Assembly (NCBI GenBank): GCA_020184695.1
Contig: JAANOX010000068.1
Coordinates: 172,027-236,026 of the forward strand
Source of the DNA: Histomonas meleagridis 2922-C6/04-290x
Lineage: Eukaryota; Protista; Parabasalia
Length of the DNA: 64,000 nucleotides
Direction of reading: 5' to 3'
Every line of letters starts with the position of its first letter. Positions within the stretch are counted from its first letter, which is position 1. The notes beneath the pieces are model-generated. The model worked only from the letters and a program-made list of their open reading frames with translations, had not been told where the DNA came from and ran no database searches. A program made the position numbers and the translations under genes. This document shows, piece by piece, positions 22,163 through 34,545 of this stretch.

Positions 22163-24345
22163 TTATAGCCCTAGTTCATTTGGAGCATCATTTTCATTTC
22201 TCATATTCAAAGCATATACATGTGCAGCTTCGTCAATTATTGCACGTGTTTGCTGTTGAATATAATCATTTACATGATAAGATATCTTATTTTCAGTCCA
22301 TTTTGGCGCACCAAAAAATATCTTCTAATTTCCTCACCCTTGATAAAGCAACATGAGTAAAAGCAGAACATTCAATATCGATTGCAACTTTATCAAGGGT
22401 TTGACCTTGTGATTTATGTGCTGTTACAGCCCAAGCTAAACGTAAAGGGAACTGATAAACTGTAAAGCAAGTACCATTCATTAAATGATATATGTTTACA
22501 ATTTTCCTAGTTATTTCGATCGGCTTTTCCCATGCATCCTGTAAATCGAATTTAACTTCGATTGCAAATATTTAATCAGGATTTTGTCTATCATATACAT
22601 AACCAACTATTGAACCTCTTGCACCATTTATATATTTTAATTTATAGTTAATATTTCTCATTAACATTACTCTTGCATTAAAAACTGATTGAAAAACATA
22701 TGGAACTGTACACTTTATTTCTTCAGTATTTAAAGCAATATTTAAATATATATGAATTTCATGCTCATTAGCAAGACGATATTTATAAATTAATTGTTGA
22801 TTCATTAACCTTTGTTCACGATTGTTATTTATATTCCCTCTGTAAGATTGATCAGGACTTACTATTATTGTAAAAAACAAAACGAAACTACTATATTTGA
22901 TCGAGAAACTTTTTTGTTTAAGGCAAAAGTATTAAATATATTTGCCCGATCATTTGAACTAACAGGACCGTCAGGTGAAATTCAAATAGAAAATGCACTA
23001 TGGAATGTGATACCATTAATTGATAGAGCTGCGATTTATGTTGAGGCTGTTGTAATGAAACTATGTGATCCAGATATACAGAATTTATGTATAATATTAA
23101 TTGAAAAACTTTTACCTGTTCCAGCTTTGCCATTAATAAAAAATCTAGAATCATTCCCATTATTATTATCAATAATTGCATCTTTAATCATATTAAAAGC
23201 TAAACGTTGTTCTGAATTAAGTTTACTAATATCAGCATTTAATGAATTTCTATCTGATATTCTTTGATCAATAGAATCATTCAAACCGATTGATTTTTTA
23301 ATTTCATTCGTATTATCATCATTTTCTATTGAATGAGTCTGATGGTTCAAAGATTCTAACATATTAAATTGATTTAATGATTGTTTAATTCGATTTATTC
23401 GTTGAGGAATTGTTGTCGGAAATACATTCAATATTTGCTTAATATCTAATATATGTAAAGATTGTTTTATCATTGATATATTTCTAACAATTTCTCCATA
23501 AAAATATCGATTCGAATTAATCATATGATTGATAAATTTCCGAATTATTAGAATCAGTAAAAATACCATGAAATTGAGAAGCCTTCTCATAAGTATCAAA
23601 ATCATATATAATTTCATTATTGGAACGCCAACATCCTGAGAGAAATAATAAATGAAAACAATAATGTTCTCGATTTGAATTCGAATTATATTTGTTTGAA
23701 ACTACAATTGCAGATTTACTAATATTAATAGCGACTAATTGTTTTGCATTGATCAAATTTTGATAAAAATATATTGACATAGGTGTTAATATTTCTTCAT
23801 GTAATTGAAATTGATTTTCATATAAAAAATCATCATCATTTTTATTTAAAGTATTTGGAGGTCTAATACGATTGAAATCTGGTGGATTACCTTGCCATTT
23901 AATACCACTTGTATCAATTTTAATCTCATACCAAGACCAAAAATCAGCGGAACCGATTTTTCCAAGTTCTGAAGGTCTATTAAAATATATTTGTATCCGG
24001 TCCATTTGAATTTGATTACCTGAATCATCATATGAATCATTTCGTAATTCAGGAGGTGCACCACTTTGATGAATGCATTTTGTATCATGGATACAAAATT
24101 TTAAGCTAAATATTCTTTGAAATGCATTGTTATGATGAAACTACACCTGCATGAATCTGTACAAATACCGAATCATCAACAGATAAATTTACATTATAGA
24201 ATGGTTCATGTTTCATATTATATTTTAATCCATAATTACCTGTAGATAAAAACTTATCGAGATTTTCGGCTTTTTTCAAGAACATTTGATGTACATGACC
24301 TTCCCAAAGTAATATAAACTTGTTTATATTGAGTGTGAAAGTCAA
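22163..24345 (-). mobile_element. Helitron-like Rep/PIF1 helicase relic (C-terminal part)
   Basis: Across broken frames: VVSS*QCIQRIFSL, EHYCFHLLFLSGCWRS..TYEKA, LNSEQRLAF, Walker A GKAGTGKS, TAST*IAA..GITFHSAF, ARVMLMRN..INGARG and QFPLRLAWAVTAHKSQGQTL..VALSRV. Walker B is lost, and there are several stops and frameshifts. Confidence 0.75.
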
Positions 24346-24486
24346 CTACACTGTGAATACGCTATGTTTTCATGAAAATCAGTGAAATTTGAATTTTTTT
24401 GTAAAAGATATTGCGTATCGGTTAGTGATAATGAAGAGTTTTTTGTCGAAATATTGAGTGTGAAAGTCACCTACACTGTGTATACG
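24326..24486. repeat. Pair of 36-bp direct repeats 125 bp apart
   Basis: ATATTGAGTGTGAAAGTCAACTACACTGTGAATACG (24326-24361) vs ATATTGAGTGTGAAAGTCACCTACACTGTGTATACG (24451-24486), 34/36 identical. Confidence 0.9.
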
Positions 24487-24782
24487 TTGGGTTTTTAAGC
24501 AATACGATAAAAAAATTTTTAGGTGAATAACCATCGATTCATGAACAAGTCTATCGTTATACCAACCTCAACCGAGTTATCAGTAATTTTTATTTTAAGA
24601 AAGCACATAACCGTAAAAATTGAATCTATCGTTAATTCAAAAGTGGAGAAATACGATTAAAATCAATTCAATTTTTTATCATATATCCCCTATCCATAAA
24701 AATTACAAAAAATTATTGACCATTTATCCATTCAAAAGTGTCGCTTTCCGAACGATAGAAAAAATAATATCATTATTTTTAT

Positions 24783-25174
24783 TTACAAAACATTTTGAGG
24801 CTGTTCATTTCGATTTTGAGGCATTACTGAGTTAGCATAATTTCGTATTACATTCAATTCATTCACATGAGCATTATATTTATCGAAATCATCATTAAAT
24901 TTTTGATCTAATAATTCCATTTTAGATATTTGATAAGCTTTATCTAATTGTTCAGGTGTTATATTTTGTGAATAATTCTCAATAGTAGGATAATATTTTT
25001 CATTTATAAATTTATAAATTTGTTTTCTTAATAAATTATGATATTTATATATACAGTTACAGTTAATGTTATTACATTTTTATTTTTTACTATAGAAAAG
25101 GAAGGTTTAATATTTATAGCACTGAAATCACAATTTTTAAACTCTTGAGCGAAGCATGTATAAAGAGATTCCAT
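24783..25174 (-). pseudogene. Small element gene, one frameshift
   Basis: MESLYTCFAQEFKNCD.. shifts near 25050 into ..YKYHNLLRKQIYKFINEKYY..QNVL*. Divergent from the ATPase with a 39-nt gap. Confidence 0.4.
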
Positions 25175-25213
25175 TAATAATCATGAATTGATTTTATAAA
25201 ATTATTTTATTTT

Positions 25214-26014
25214 ATGGAAAACGATATTAATATTGATGCCTTAGATAATATGATTGATTATTGTTTATATAAAAATAAACCTAAATTAAATGAAGAATTA
25301 ATAAGTGAAATTCATCCAGTGGTGAATGTACCTTATAATTCTTTAAATATAGCAGTAGGTAGACAAAGAAGTGGGAAAACTCAATGTATAATTAGAGAAA
25401 TGATTAAAATTAGTAATATTAGTCCTAGAACTCATTTATTAATTTATATTAATAAAAATGGATTAGAAAACGATCCCACTTTTGAATCATTAAAACCTTT
25501 AATAAAGATTACAATATTATATGTAGCTGAAAATCAAGCAGAAGATATAGTTAAAGATATATTAAAATGGAAACAATTTTATAATGAAATTAAAAATAAT
25601 CATTGGGAAAATAAAATAGTAGATAAGCAAATAACTGAATTATTTGAAAAATTATATATTAATAATTTTAATAATTTAACTTTACATACTATGATATTTT
25701 TTGAAGATTGTGCTAATAGTCCTTTATGCAAAAAACCTACTAATTATTTTAATCAATTATTTACTAAATTAGCTCATATTCAATGTTCTGTATTTTTCGC
25801 TGTTCATTTTTGGAAGTCTCTACCTGCCGAAGTTAAAGCTAATGTAAGTATTATATTTATATTTCCTAATTTCTCTAAACAACAATTAAGTTATATGATA
25901 GCTCAAATACCATTGCCTTATACTAAAGATCAAATTTATTCAGTTTATCAAAAACTGTCAGGACATCAAAAAATTATCGTCGACGTGAATAATCAAAAAA
26001 TTAAAATTGAATAA
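25214..26014 (+). CDS. A32-like (FtsK/HerA) virion packaging ATPase, intact ORF
   Basis: Walker A AVGRQRSGKT, Walker B MIFFEDC, then LFTKLAH..VFFAVHFWKSLP..VKANVSIIFIF, typical of the A32-like motif region. Confidence 0.85.
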   Translation: MENDINIDALDNMIDYCLYKNKPKLNEELISEIHPVVNVPYNSLNIAVGRQRSGKTQCIIREMIKISNISPRTHLLIYINKNGLENDPTFESLKPLIKITILYVAENQAEDIVKDILKWKQFYNEIKNNHWENKIVDKQITELFEKLYINNFNNLTLHTMIFFEDCANSPLCKKPTNYFNQLFTKLAHIQCSVFFAVHFWKSLPAEVKANVSIIFIFPNFSKQQLSYMIAQIPLPYTKDQIYSVYQKLSGHQKIIVDVNNQKIKIE

Positions 26015-26044
26015 AAAATGAAAAATTAAAATTTATTTTTCTCA

Positions 26045-27520
26045 ATGTTGAAAGGCCAAAAGGGTATAGATAATGAAATAGCTACTTATCTCAATGTTCT
26101 TGGGGTCGATATGAGTGCTGCTTTTGAAAAATTAAAACAATGGAGAAATCAACAACCCAATAAAACTATAGATGAACTCAATAAACGAATAAACATATGG
26201 CGAATACAAAAATCACTTAATATATATATCAATTCTATATGGGACGATATATTGTCCTATTCATAAAATATCGGACATCCATTTTTTGATGAACTATTAT
26301 TATTTCATCCAGAGGTAGAAAAGGAGGATGCTCTAGAAGAGCAAACAAAAAATGAAGAAAATCATTGTTCATCGATGCAACCAACAGTAACTATCATAGA
26401 CATTAAACCAATTTTGTCTACCGAAATTTCACCATTGGGTTATGAAAAAGTGGTCGAGAATTATCAAAAAAGAAGAACAAATACTAAAGGTTAACCACCA
26501 CCTTCAAGACCTCATGAATATAAAATCAGAACTCCTGATGGTAAAATGTATGATTTTATAGAAGATAAATCAAAATATAAATATACTGGAGGAAGTAATG
26601 TTATATTGGATGAAAATATGGATACATTAGCACATCTTATTCTTGATTTAAAGAAAGATGTTAAAAAAATTTTAGAGCTTCAAACAATAGAAGGAGCAAG
26701 AGAATTAGTTAAAAGACATAATAAAAATAAAAAGGATCCGAGATATCATTGGTCTGCAATTGAAGAAGATATAAATAAGGATGGTATTCCAGATGTTATA
26801 GTTGCAGATTAACATAAAAAAGCAAAATTTGTAAATGGATGGACAGTTAAACAACATGACTTATATGAAGCACAATATATAAGATTTTTACAACAAAAAT
26901 ATGGTAGTCCACAAAATAGAAAATTTTTGAGAGCAAAAGGTGAACATATAGAGAATTTCGATGAATTTATGAATAAATATATAAGAAAAGTTACATATGA
27001 TAATAATAAGCCATTTGATGATCCTAGGGTAGAACCTACCCCAGAAGGTAGACAAATTATGGATACTGTTGATAAATTTAATTTAAAGTATTATCAGAAT
27101 ACCGGAGTTAGAGATGTTTATAAAACACACAAACCAAGAAGGAGAACAGCAAATCAAGTGTTTACTAGATATGTTATTAAGCCAATTTATAATGATTATC
27201 TCAAAGATTATCAAAAGAATAATGCTAATGATGATCAACTTCCTGTAAAGTTAGCTATGATTAAAAGAATGTTTCCAATACTTAGTGTATCTGCTAAATT
27301 ATATAATAACATTATAAAAACGAGAATGAATGAGATATTGGCAGTTTAAAATATTAAAGTTGATAAAACAGCTAGGAAATATATTAGAGAAGATACAGGA
27401 AAAAATTATTGGACAAGCGCTCCAAAGCAAGCAGTTTCTGAAAATTTATTAGATAAGAATAAATTTGAAGCTGTTAAAACAGCATTATATGGATATATTG
27501 ACAGTAATCGTGATTTCTAA
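26045..27520 (+). pseudogene. Maverick conserved protein, 492-codon frame broken by four in-frame TAA
   Basis: Track ORFs 26045, 26546 and 26927 are one frame with TAA at 26264, 26492, 26810 and 27347 and no frameshift. Contains EEDINKDGIPDVIV..FVNGW. Confidence 0.78.
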
Positions 27521-27552
27521 ATAAAAAAAATTTTTAAAATCATTATTTTTCT

Positions 27553-28073
27553 ATGATTAAAATAAATGATTTCTCACCCCATGTAGGGAAGAATAATATC
27601 GAACATAATAGTTCTAGTGCTTATTGTAAAGTTATAATTAATAATAACAATAGTGAAACATCAGCACATTATCCTGAAGTTAATGAAGAAACACCAAAAA
27701 TAATTACAAGAGAAACTGAACTTAATACTGATAATGCAAGTGCTTTATATAAACATATGACTTTAATATATAGTGCAATATTAAAAACAAATAATATGAA
27801 ATTAATAGCTATTTTAATCGATAATAGTAATAAAATTATTATCAATGCTAATGATTTAGTACAAGCTATATATTTAATTTTAGAAATTGATTCTAATCAA
27901 GATGATTGAATAATGAAGATGCTAAACCTGGTTGTTTAAAACATGTAAATCCAATTAAAAAAGTTAACTCAATTAAGATTAATGGATATGATTTTAGTTC
28001 ACAATATAATAAAGAATATAACACATTAATGGATGAATTCAATATATCATTAGAAAAAGTATTTATTTATTAA
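27553..28073 (+). pseudogene. Maverick conserved small protein, one frameshift
   Basis: MIKINDFSPHVG..LYKHMTLIYSAILKTNNMKLIAILIDNS.. continues after a frameshift near 27907 as ..GCLKHVNPIKKVNSIKING..ISLEKVFIY*. Confidence 0.68.
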
Positions 28074-29656
28074 AATTAATAGGATAAGTAACAGGATTCA
28101 ATAAATATCTTGATACTGACATTTCTATACTATTTGTATTATAAATATTATATTTACCTGTTTCGAAATTATCTAGAATATAAATATCTGGTAATATTTT
28201 TGATCTCTTTTTTAGTTGATCTGTATTATAAACTGTTACTGTTGTACCAGGAGGTAAATAAAATCCTTCTTGATTTATAATTTTATCATTATATTTATGT
28301 AACTCTAAACCATAAGATTTTCCTTGATTAAAAGCTTCTAATGATGAGATTTTTTTGTGATTTAATTGACTTAATGTTTTATGATAAGTATTATTATAAT
28401 TACCGACAATTTTCTTCATATGATATGGATCTATTTTTTTTAAACCCATATTGTCAGCCATATCTCTAATAGTTTTACAAATTCTATTTATAATAGCTAA
28501 AGAAGTATGAATAGGATAAAATTTATTTTATGAAATTATTCTTTTTACCTAAATTATTTTTACACCAGATAAATGTGCTGCTATATATTGTAAAGGTTAC
28601 GATAAAAATGACATTAGGATTAAATCCTGCCTTATATAAAATAAATAAAGCTTTAGCTATAAATTCTATTGATTTTTCTCTAGTTATTTTATCATTTATT
28701 TTTGTATTAGTATAGGCATATAATAAAAATCTGGACCTAACTTCAACTGCCAATAAATAACAATATTTTGTTTCTGTTTTAGTGGTTTCATCATAACCAG
28801 AGAAAAATAAATCCATTTTAAATTCACCATTATTACCAATATATTTTAATTGATATTTTTTATTTCTTTTATAATAAAAATAATGTATATCAGGTTTAAA
28901 TTGAGGATCTAATTTTAAATAATCAATATGATATGGAAGTAAATAGTCATCAAATAAATATTTGTTTTTCGAACGAGATTTGGAACCTGTGTTAATATAA
29001 GGTGAATTCTTAAAATTCTCATAAATATTATGATTTTTATATGTATTGTCACGAGGAAATTTATCAAAATATTGTAACAAATAAATGCTATATGCATAAT
29101 CGAATGTAAATACGTTCCCAATTTTATTATCAATTATTTCAATACCATATAAATATTTTATTAATTTTTCACAATATTCATTTAATTTGATAGGCTTTTT
29201 TTCAGCTTCAAAAACTTCGTGTGCAAACATCTCATTCAATTTTTTGATAATCTTGCTAATATAATATGCATAATGCTCTAAGATTGTTTTTCCTCCAATT
29301 TTTTTATTAATAGGTGTAATTTTTTCATTTTCGATATAAATTCTAATAAAATTATATTTAAATTCTTCATAATTGTTAGAATTTATATTTTTGAATTGAT
29401 TATTCGTTATTTTTTCTAAGTTGTCATCTATAAAATAATTAACTAAATTGTTGTATGTTTCGACTAATGGCTCTGTACCAGTATTAAATTCGAGTGTAAA
29501 TTTAACCTCCTCATTATATTTTTCATTCAGATAATTAATAAAATTTTAAAGACTCAAATTACCTTTTAATTGTGAATTTTGATTTTTTAATTCATTTCTA
29601 ACTAGTGTTTCAAATAAATATTGCATTTCTCTCTTTCTTTTATCAATTGGTTCCAT
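28063..29656 (-). pseudogene. Retroviral-like (rve) integrase of Maverick type
   Basis: ATG 29656, in-frame TAA at 29546-29548, then KMDLFF..YCYLLAVEVRSRFLLY (first-Asp region). The second-Asp region is scrambled. It continues HTSLAIINRICKTIRDMA..IVGNYNNTYHKTL. Confidence 0.78.
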
Positions 29657-29686
29657 ATAGAAAAATAAAATGATATAAAATATTTT

Positions 29687-30849
29687 TCATTCTTTTAATA
29701 TATCTAACAAATGTTCATCTATTTTACCTGTTATATTACCAACTATTGAATTTGATATTTTAGTAGTTATCACTCAATCATCTGATAATTTATTACCATC
29801 AAATAATACTACATCACCAATTTCATAATCTGCTGTATTATTTACTCTAAAATAAAAATCTCCATGTGTAGCAAAATCAATAGTATCTTGTAAAATTTTT
29901 ATCTAATAACATCACCTATTGAAGCTTTATATTTATTTTCATGTTTAGCTACACAAATACCTAAATATTCTTTATAAGTACCTGTAGTTTTAACTGATGG
30001 AATACAATCAGTTGATGAAGTATTTGTGTCATATTTACCTTCATTGGTTAAAGCATAAACATCACCTGTTAAAAATACTGGTGAACCAATTTGAAATTGT
30101 GATAAAATGTCTGTAACAGAAGCATTATGAATAATAGTCGTATTTATTTGTGCAAGACCTCCAGGTCCTTCAAATGTATTAAATGTAGTTGCGATATAAT
30201 ATATTGCACTATATGTATCAAGATAAGTACCATCATTTTGTTTCTTTTGTGTTACAGATTCAAAATATAATCTTCAATATTTTTTATCTGCAGTAGGTGT
30301 ACATCCATAAATTCTCCATAATAATTGATATGTATTATACGATTCTTCAATTATACTGTGAAATAATGTTAATTTAGTAGACTCTAAACTAGTGAATTGT
30401 GTAGTATCGGATTTTATATTTCTTGTATTAACAATGCCATTAGTATTTACAGAGCACATAATTTCACTACAACCTATTTTATTACAACCTATTGCATCAA
30501 AAGATGAGGAGTAATGAAAACCATTTCCTTGTTTTGCTTTAAATGCTATATCATCTTCAATACATTGAATTCTCCAACTATAATCATTTTCATATCCATC
30601 ACTAGTATGCATATCTATGTAAGGACCTGTTTCTAAAACACCATCGTTTTTAATAACTGCAATTGAAGTCACACTAATATTTAAATTTGAAGCTGAAGGT
30701 CCCGAATTTAAAGCAAAACCATTAATTGTTGAACAATGAATATCTTCTGTATTTGAACCTGTAGGAAGATTTGTTAAATCATTATGGAAGTGTGCTAACT
30801 GTACCTCTTTTGTACCCACTTTTTGGCGGTTATTCCCACAATTCTCCAC
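29687..30849 (-). pseudogene. Maverick fibre/minor structural-type protein, 5-prime end replaced
   Basis: GVLETGPYIDMH..DYSWRI (phage tail-fibre-like motif), TGA at 30274-30276, FQIGSPVFLTG..DCIPSVKTTG, a frameshift near 29900, FATHGDFYF..YEIGDVVLFDG, TGA at 29774-29776 and ..SIVGNITGKI. Confidence 0.68.
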
Positions 30850-32286
30850 TTTTTATATGCGATGTGATGACAACCGCCGAAAAAACAAATTTTTCAAAAT
30901 TCCAAAAAACCCAAAAATTAAAAGTCAAAAATTTATAATTTTTATACCAAACTGTAATAATTTATGCAAGGAAAGACATAAATGCACTATTTATTTCATA
31001 TAATTCCTGATTTTGACGAAATCATTGAGCATTTAAAATTTTATTTTTATTTATAAAATTTATACATATGGTTAAATTCACCATCTATTAAAACATATAA
31101 ACTTTAAATTTTATTAAAAAAAATTGATTCTATGTTTATAAATATAATGACTTGTTTTTAATTTTTTTCATGTTTCGACTTTTTGTATGATGTAAAATAT
31201 TTCAAATAAATATTTTGACTTCAAAAGTGGCATCTTTGTGATTTCAATTGAAAAACGTTTACATGAAAATAGTTGACCAAGTATGCATTCAAACACAAAT
31301 ATTTGTCAAAATATGTAGATTGTATTCATATTATTTTTACAACAAATTGTTTTTTTTTTTTATTAATTTTATCTAAATAGCATTATTTAATGATATTGAT
31401 TATGAGACTGTGGAATGCATTGGCACTTTTATATGCGCTATAATTAATTTTATTAAATTAAATTTCTAAATCTCAATTAGATTGCATTCAAAATTTGATG
31501 ATTATTAAAACATTATATGCTAATTTATGCATTTATTCATTCATTATTAATTATCATAATTTATTTTAAATATTTATCATTCATCATTATTTATTATTAA
31601 ACATTATATTTATTATTATTTATTATTGATCATTTATAGTTATATTTATTTATGAATAACATTATACATTACATTAATGAATAACAATATTAATAACATT
31701 ATACGATTCATTTATGAATAATATTATACATTACATTATTGAATAATATATTTGAGAAGTGGATGATATTTGACAACTCTTTTTTCTTTTTCACTTCTTT
31801 TCAAATGATATTGTTGTTTATTACATGAAGGTTTAGGGAAACCATATTTACAATATTGATGATTTGGATTTTTTAAACGACGACGATATATTTTCATCTG
31901 AAACATTGAATATATTTGAATCTATAATATACATTAATTCAAGAATTTTATCATAATTAATAATAATTTGTTGGAAATAATCTGTATTATCGAGATATTT
32001 TAATAAAGCTCTTTGACCAAATTGTCCATTTTTATAATCAATAGGAGCTTCAAACAAAGGGCCAACACATTGAAAATAGTGAAAATTTTTATTAAAATTT
32101 TAATTCAAACGAAAAAAAATTATCGTCGAAAATAGACAAAAAGCAATAACAAATCGAATTCAAGCTAAAACAGATAATTATCACAGCCAATTAATTATAA
32201 TCAAATGATCTTATTGTCATTAATAAAAAAATTGATTAGAATTTATTTTATAAATATAGGTTATCATATTAAAAATGAATACAGTG

Positions 32287-32859
32287 TTATGCTGTGATAT
32301 TAATGATATTAAGTGAGATCAAATAAAAATAATTATATGTTAATCTTGTTTGAAAATATTTTTTATGCAGATTAACATGAACAGCTGTTGGCAATATACA
32401 TGTATTGACAACAAAAACAATTTTTGTTTGTGTTTGAAAATCCCATTTTAGCACATTAATAAGTGCTCCATTCTTAGTTGTAAAGCTATTAGATCCTCTC
32501 CACATCGCTGGATAACTTTGACATATTTTCATTATCTTTGCAGTGTAATCATGCAAATCTTGCTTTTTGTTGTTAATTCCAAGGATATGTCCATCAGTAC
32601 GTGCAACATTATCACCAGCTGTATTACTACCACAGCCATAAAATTGTCAGCAATCAGCGATATCACCAACTTCATCATAATAAAATGTAATTGGGCCAGT
32701 GTAAGCAGCCAAAACTAATGTGATCTTAGAACGTTTCTAATTATGAAGGATTGCTTCTTTCAGAGCCACATTGGTTTGTAATGAAAAGATTTAAATAAAT
32801 ATCAGTGTGTGTTTACCTTCAATTGAGGTAAAGATAAAAATTTGATAATGTTTTACCAT
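32287..32859 (-). pseudogene. C-terminal relic of a GH13 alpha-amylase-like enzyme
   Basis: One frame with TAA, TAG and TGA: LAAYTGPITFYYDEVGD..DNVART..QDLHDYTAKIMKICQSYPAMWRGS..LKWD..IVFVVN. This matches the PxxYYGDExG region and C-terminal domain of GH13 enzymes by eye. Confidence 0.62.
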
Positions 32860-32875
32860 CATTCAAGTTCGCTTC

Positions 32876-32904
32876 TATCGTTACTTATCGTTGTCTCTAT
32901 CGTT
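32876..32904 (-). promoter_or_regulatory. Cluster of three AACGATA (TATCGTT) motifs, MRE-like Myb sites
   Basis: TATCGTT at 32876, 32886 and 32898. ANAACGATA/TATCGT are the Myb recognition elements described in T. vaginalis. Confidence 0.45.
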
Positions 32905-33176
32905 CAACATAAACCATGCAAAAGTCGATTTTGGCACTTTTTGGAATGAAAGAATAAATTTATCTCGTGCTAATCATGATATTATTTTTAGATTCATATT
33001 AATCATAGATGCAACTATGTATATATATTATATATTAATGATATCAAGATCGTAGGATGATCGCTATATACGAATTGCTGAAATTGAAAGTCAATTTTAT
33101 ATATATTTATTAACAAATTTATTTTCATTAAAACGATTTTAATTGAATGAGTATAAATGTGATATTTACATAAAAT

Positions 33177-33986
33177 TTAATCAGTAGATTTAATTCTGGA
33201 ATCTTTCGGAACAAGTTTAGCAACTTGTTTTATCATATTTCGGATGTTTTTTTCATCTATATCATAGGGAATGTTTATGATATCTTTGAACTGATCTGCA
33301 ATAAATAAGCAAAAATCCAAGTTATGCTGCTCATAATTGCTTCTCATGATCGCAAGTTCCTCGAGCTCACGAGTTCTTCGGGCAGCTTTTGTTTCTCGAT
33401 GTTTTGCAACAAATTGATTAATTAAAATTTTTATTGTTTCGATTTCGGATTTTAATCTCGAGTTCTCCTCTCTAAGTTCGTGATAAGTATGTAATTCTTT
33501 CGGTTTTGGGCAGCTTCCATTGATATGTCCAATAAATTTATTTAATAAATTGTTAACTTCAGAACATTTGTAGTCAGAAAAATCCTCTAAAAATTGTATG
33601 TATTTGTCTTTAGAAATTTGAGAATCCATGTTGATTTTGATTTGTAAAAAATTAGATGGTTTTATCTGTGTTTGATAATACCTTAATTTATCATAACTTC
33701 TTGCACAAATAAGTGCGTCTCTTGGCTGATTTACTAAAGAATTATCAAAAATTGATCGCTTTGGTTCAGAATTAACTTCAGCATATAACTCATCATACTT
33801 TTTCTGGTACTCATCTATTTGTTTGTTTAATGTCTTTATTTGATCGTCTAATTTTTTGATTGTTTCTTTTGCTAATTTCAATCTGTTTCTATATTTTTCC
33901 AAATCTGACGCTTTAATTTGTTCCAGTTGGTCTTTTTCCCTTCCAATATTTTGGGAATATAAATCCCTTGATGAAATCTTTTTCAT
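33177..33986 (-). CDS. Coiled-coil hypothetical protein
   Basis: Intact ORF with heptad-rich segments. First ATG at 33986. Confidence 0.8.
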   Translation of the reverse strand: MKKISSRDLYSQNIGREKDQLEQIKASDLEKYRNRLKLAKETIKKLDDQIKTLNKQIDEYQKKYDELYAEVNSEPKRSIFDNSLVNQPRDALICARSYDKLRYYQTQIKPSNFLQIKINMDSQISKDKYIQFLEDFSDYKCSEVNNLLNKFIGHINGSCPKPKELHTYHELREENSRLKSEIETIKILINQFVAKHRETKAARRTRELEELAIMRSNYEQHNLDFCLFIADQFKDIINIPYDIDEKNIRNMIKQVAKLVPKDSRIKSTD

Positions 33987-34545
33987 TTTTGTTCTCAATA
34001 AACGAATATCAAGAAAACGTTAAGCTAAAAATTACATTCCAAAAAAAGATATTTATATATAATTATGAACAGGTTAATTTCTCTTTAATAAAATTCAAAT
34101 CAAAGTGTTTTACTTTTTAATTTCATCTTAAAATCATTTGTCTAATTGTTTTACAATTTGCTTAAATAGAATAGTAGAATATTCTAAGTTGCCAACTTCA
34201 GAAAATAAACATCCTATACTCTAAAATTAGCTCATGCAGAAACAACAGTATTAAAGCACATATAAATGAATTGGGAGCACTCCTGATAAAATTTATTTGG
34301 AAAACAATTTCCTCCCTAAATAAAGATAATTTTACTCAGGCAGTTCTGGCAATAAAAATGATATATCATACTTTTCTGTGTACATAAGATTATTAGATCT
34401 AAAAAAAACAGAAACTCTTTCGAGTGAAAAAAAGAAAAAATTGTTTTTATTATTGGTTCTTTGGGTTGTTAAGTGTAATTGATATATCAAAGATAAACAA
34501 TTTTTTGCAAAATTTAAATGGAAAAAAAGTAAAATTTTTATTGAT

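Larger units (their letters stand above)
24783..30790. mobile_element. Degenerate Maverick/Polinton fragment without recognisable TIRs
   Basis: Compact cluster of a packaging ATPase, an rve-type integrase relic and three genes that I recall resembling Trichomonas vaginalis Maverick proteins (not search-verified). Intergenic gaps are very short and carry TCATT-type motifs. Confidence 0.85.

Noticed and set aside
22812-23267. 151-aa plus-strand ORF
   Set aside because: Antisense to the PIF1 helicase motif I region.
31540-31750. Degenerate AACATTATACATTACATTA-type repeats
   Set aside because: Low-complexity AT-rich sequence with no stable unit or structure.
31848-32057. 69-aa minus-strand ORF
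   Set aside because: Short, no motif, lies in a decayed island; cannot be supported as a gene.
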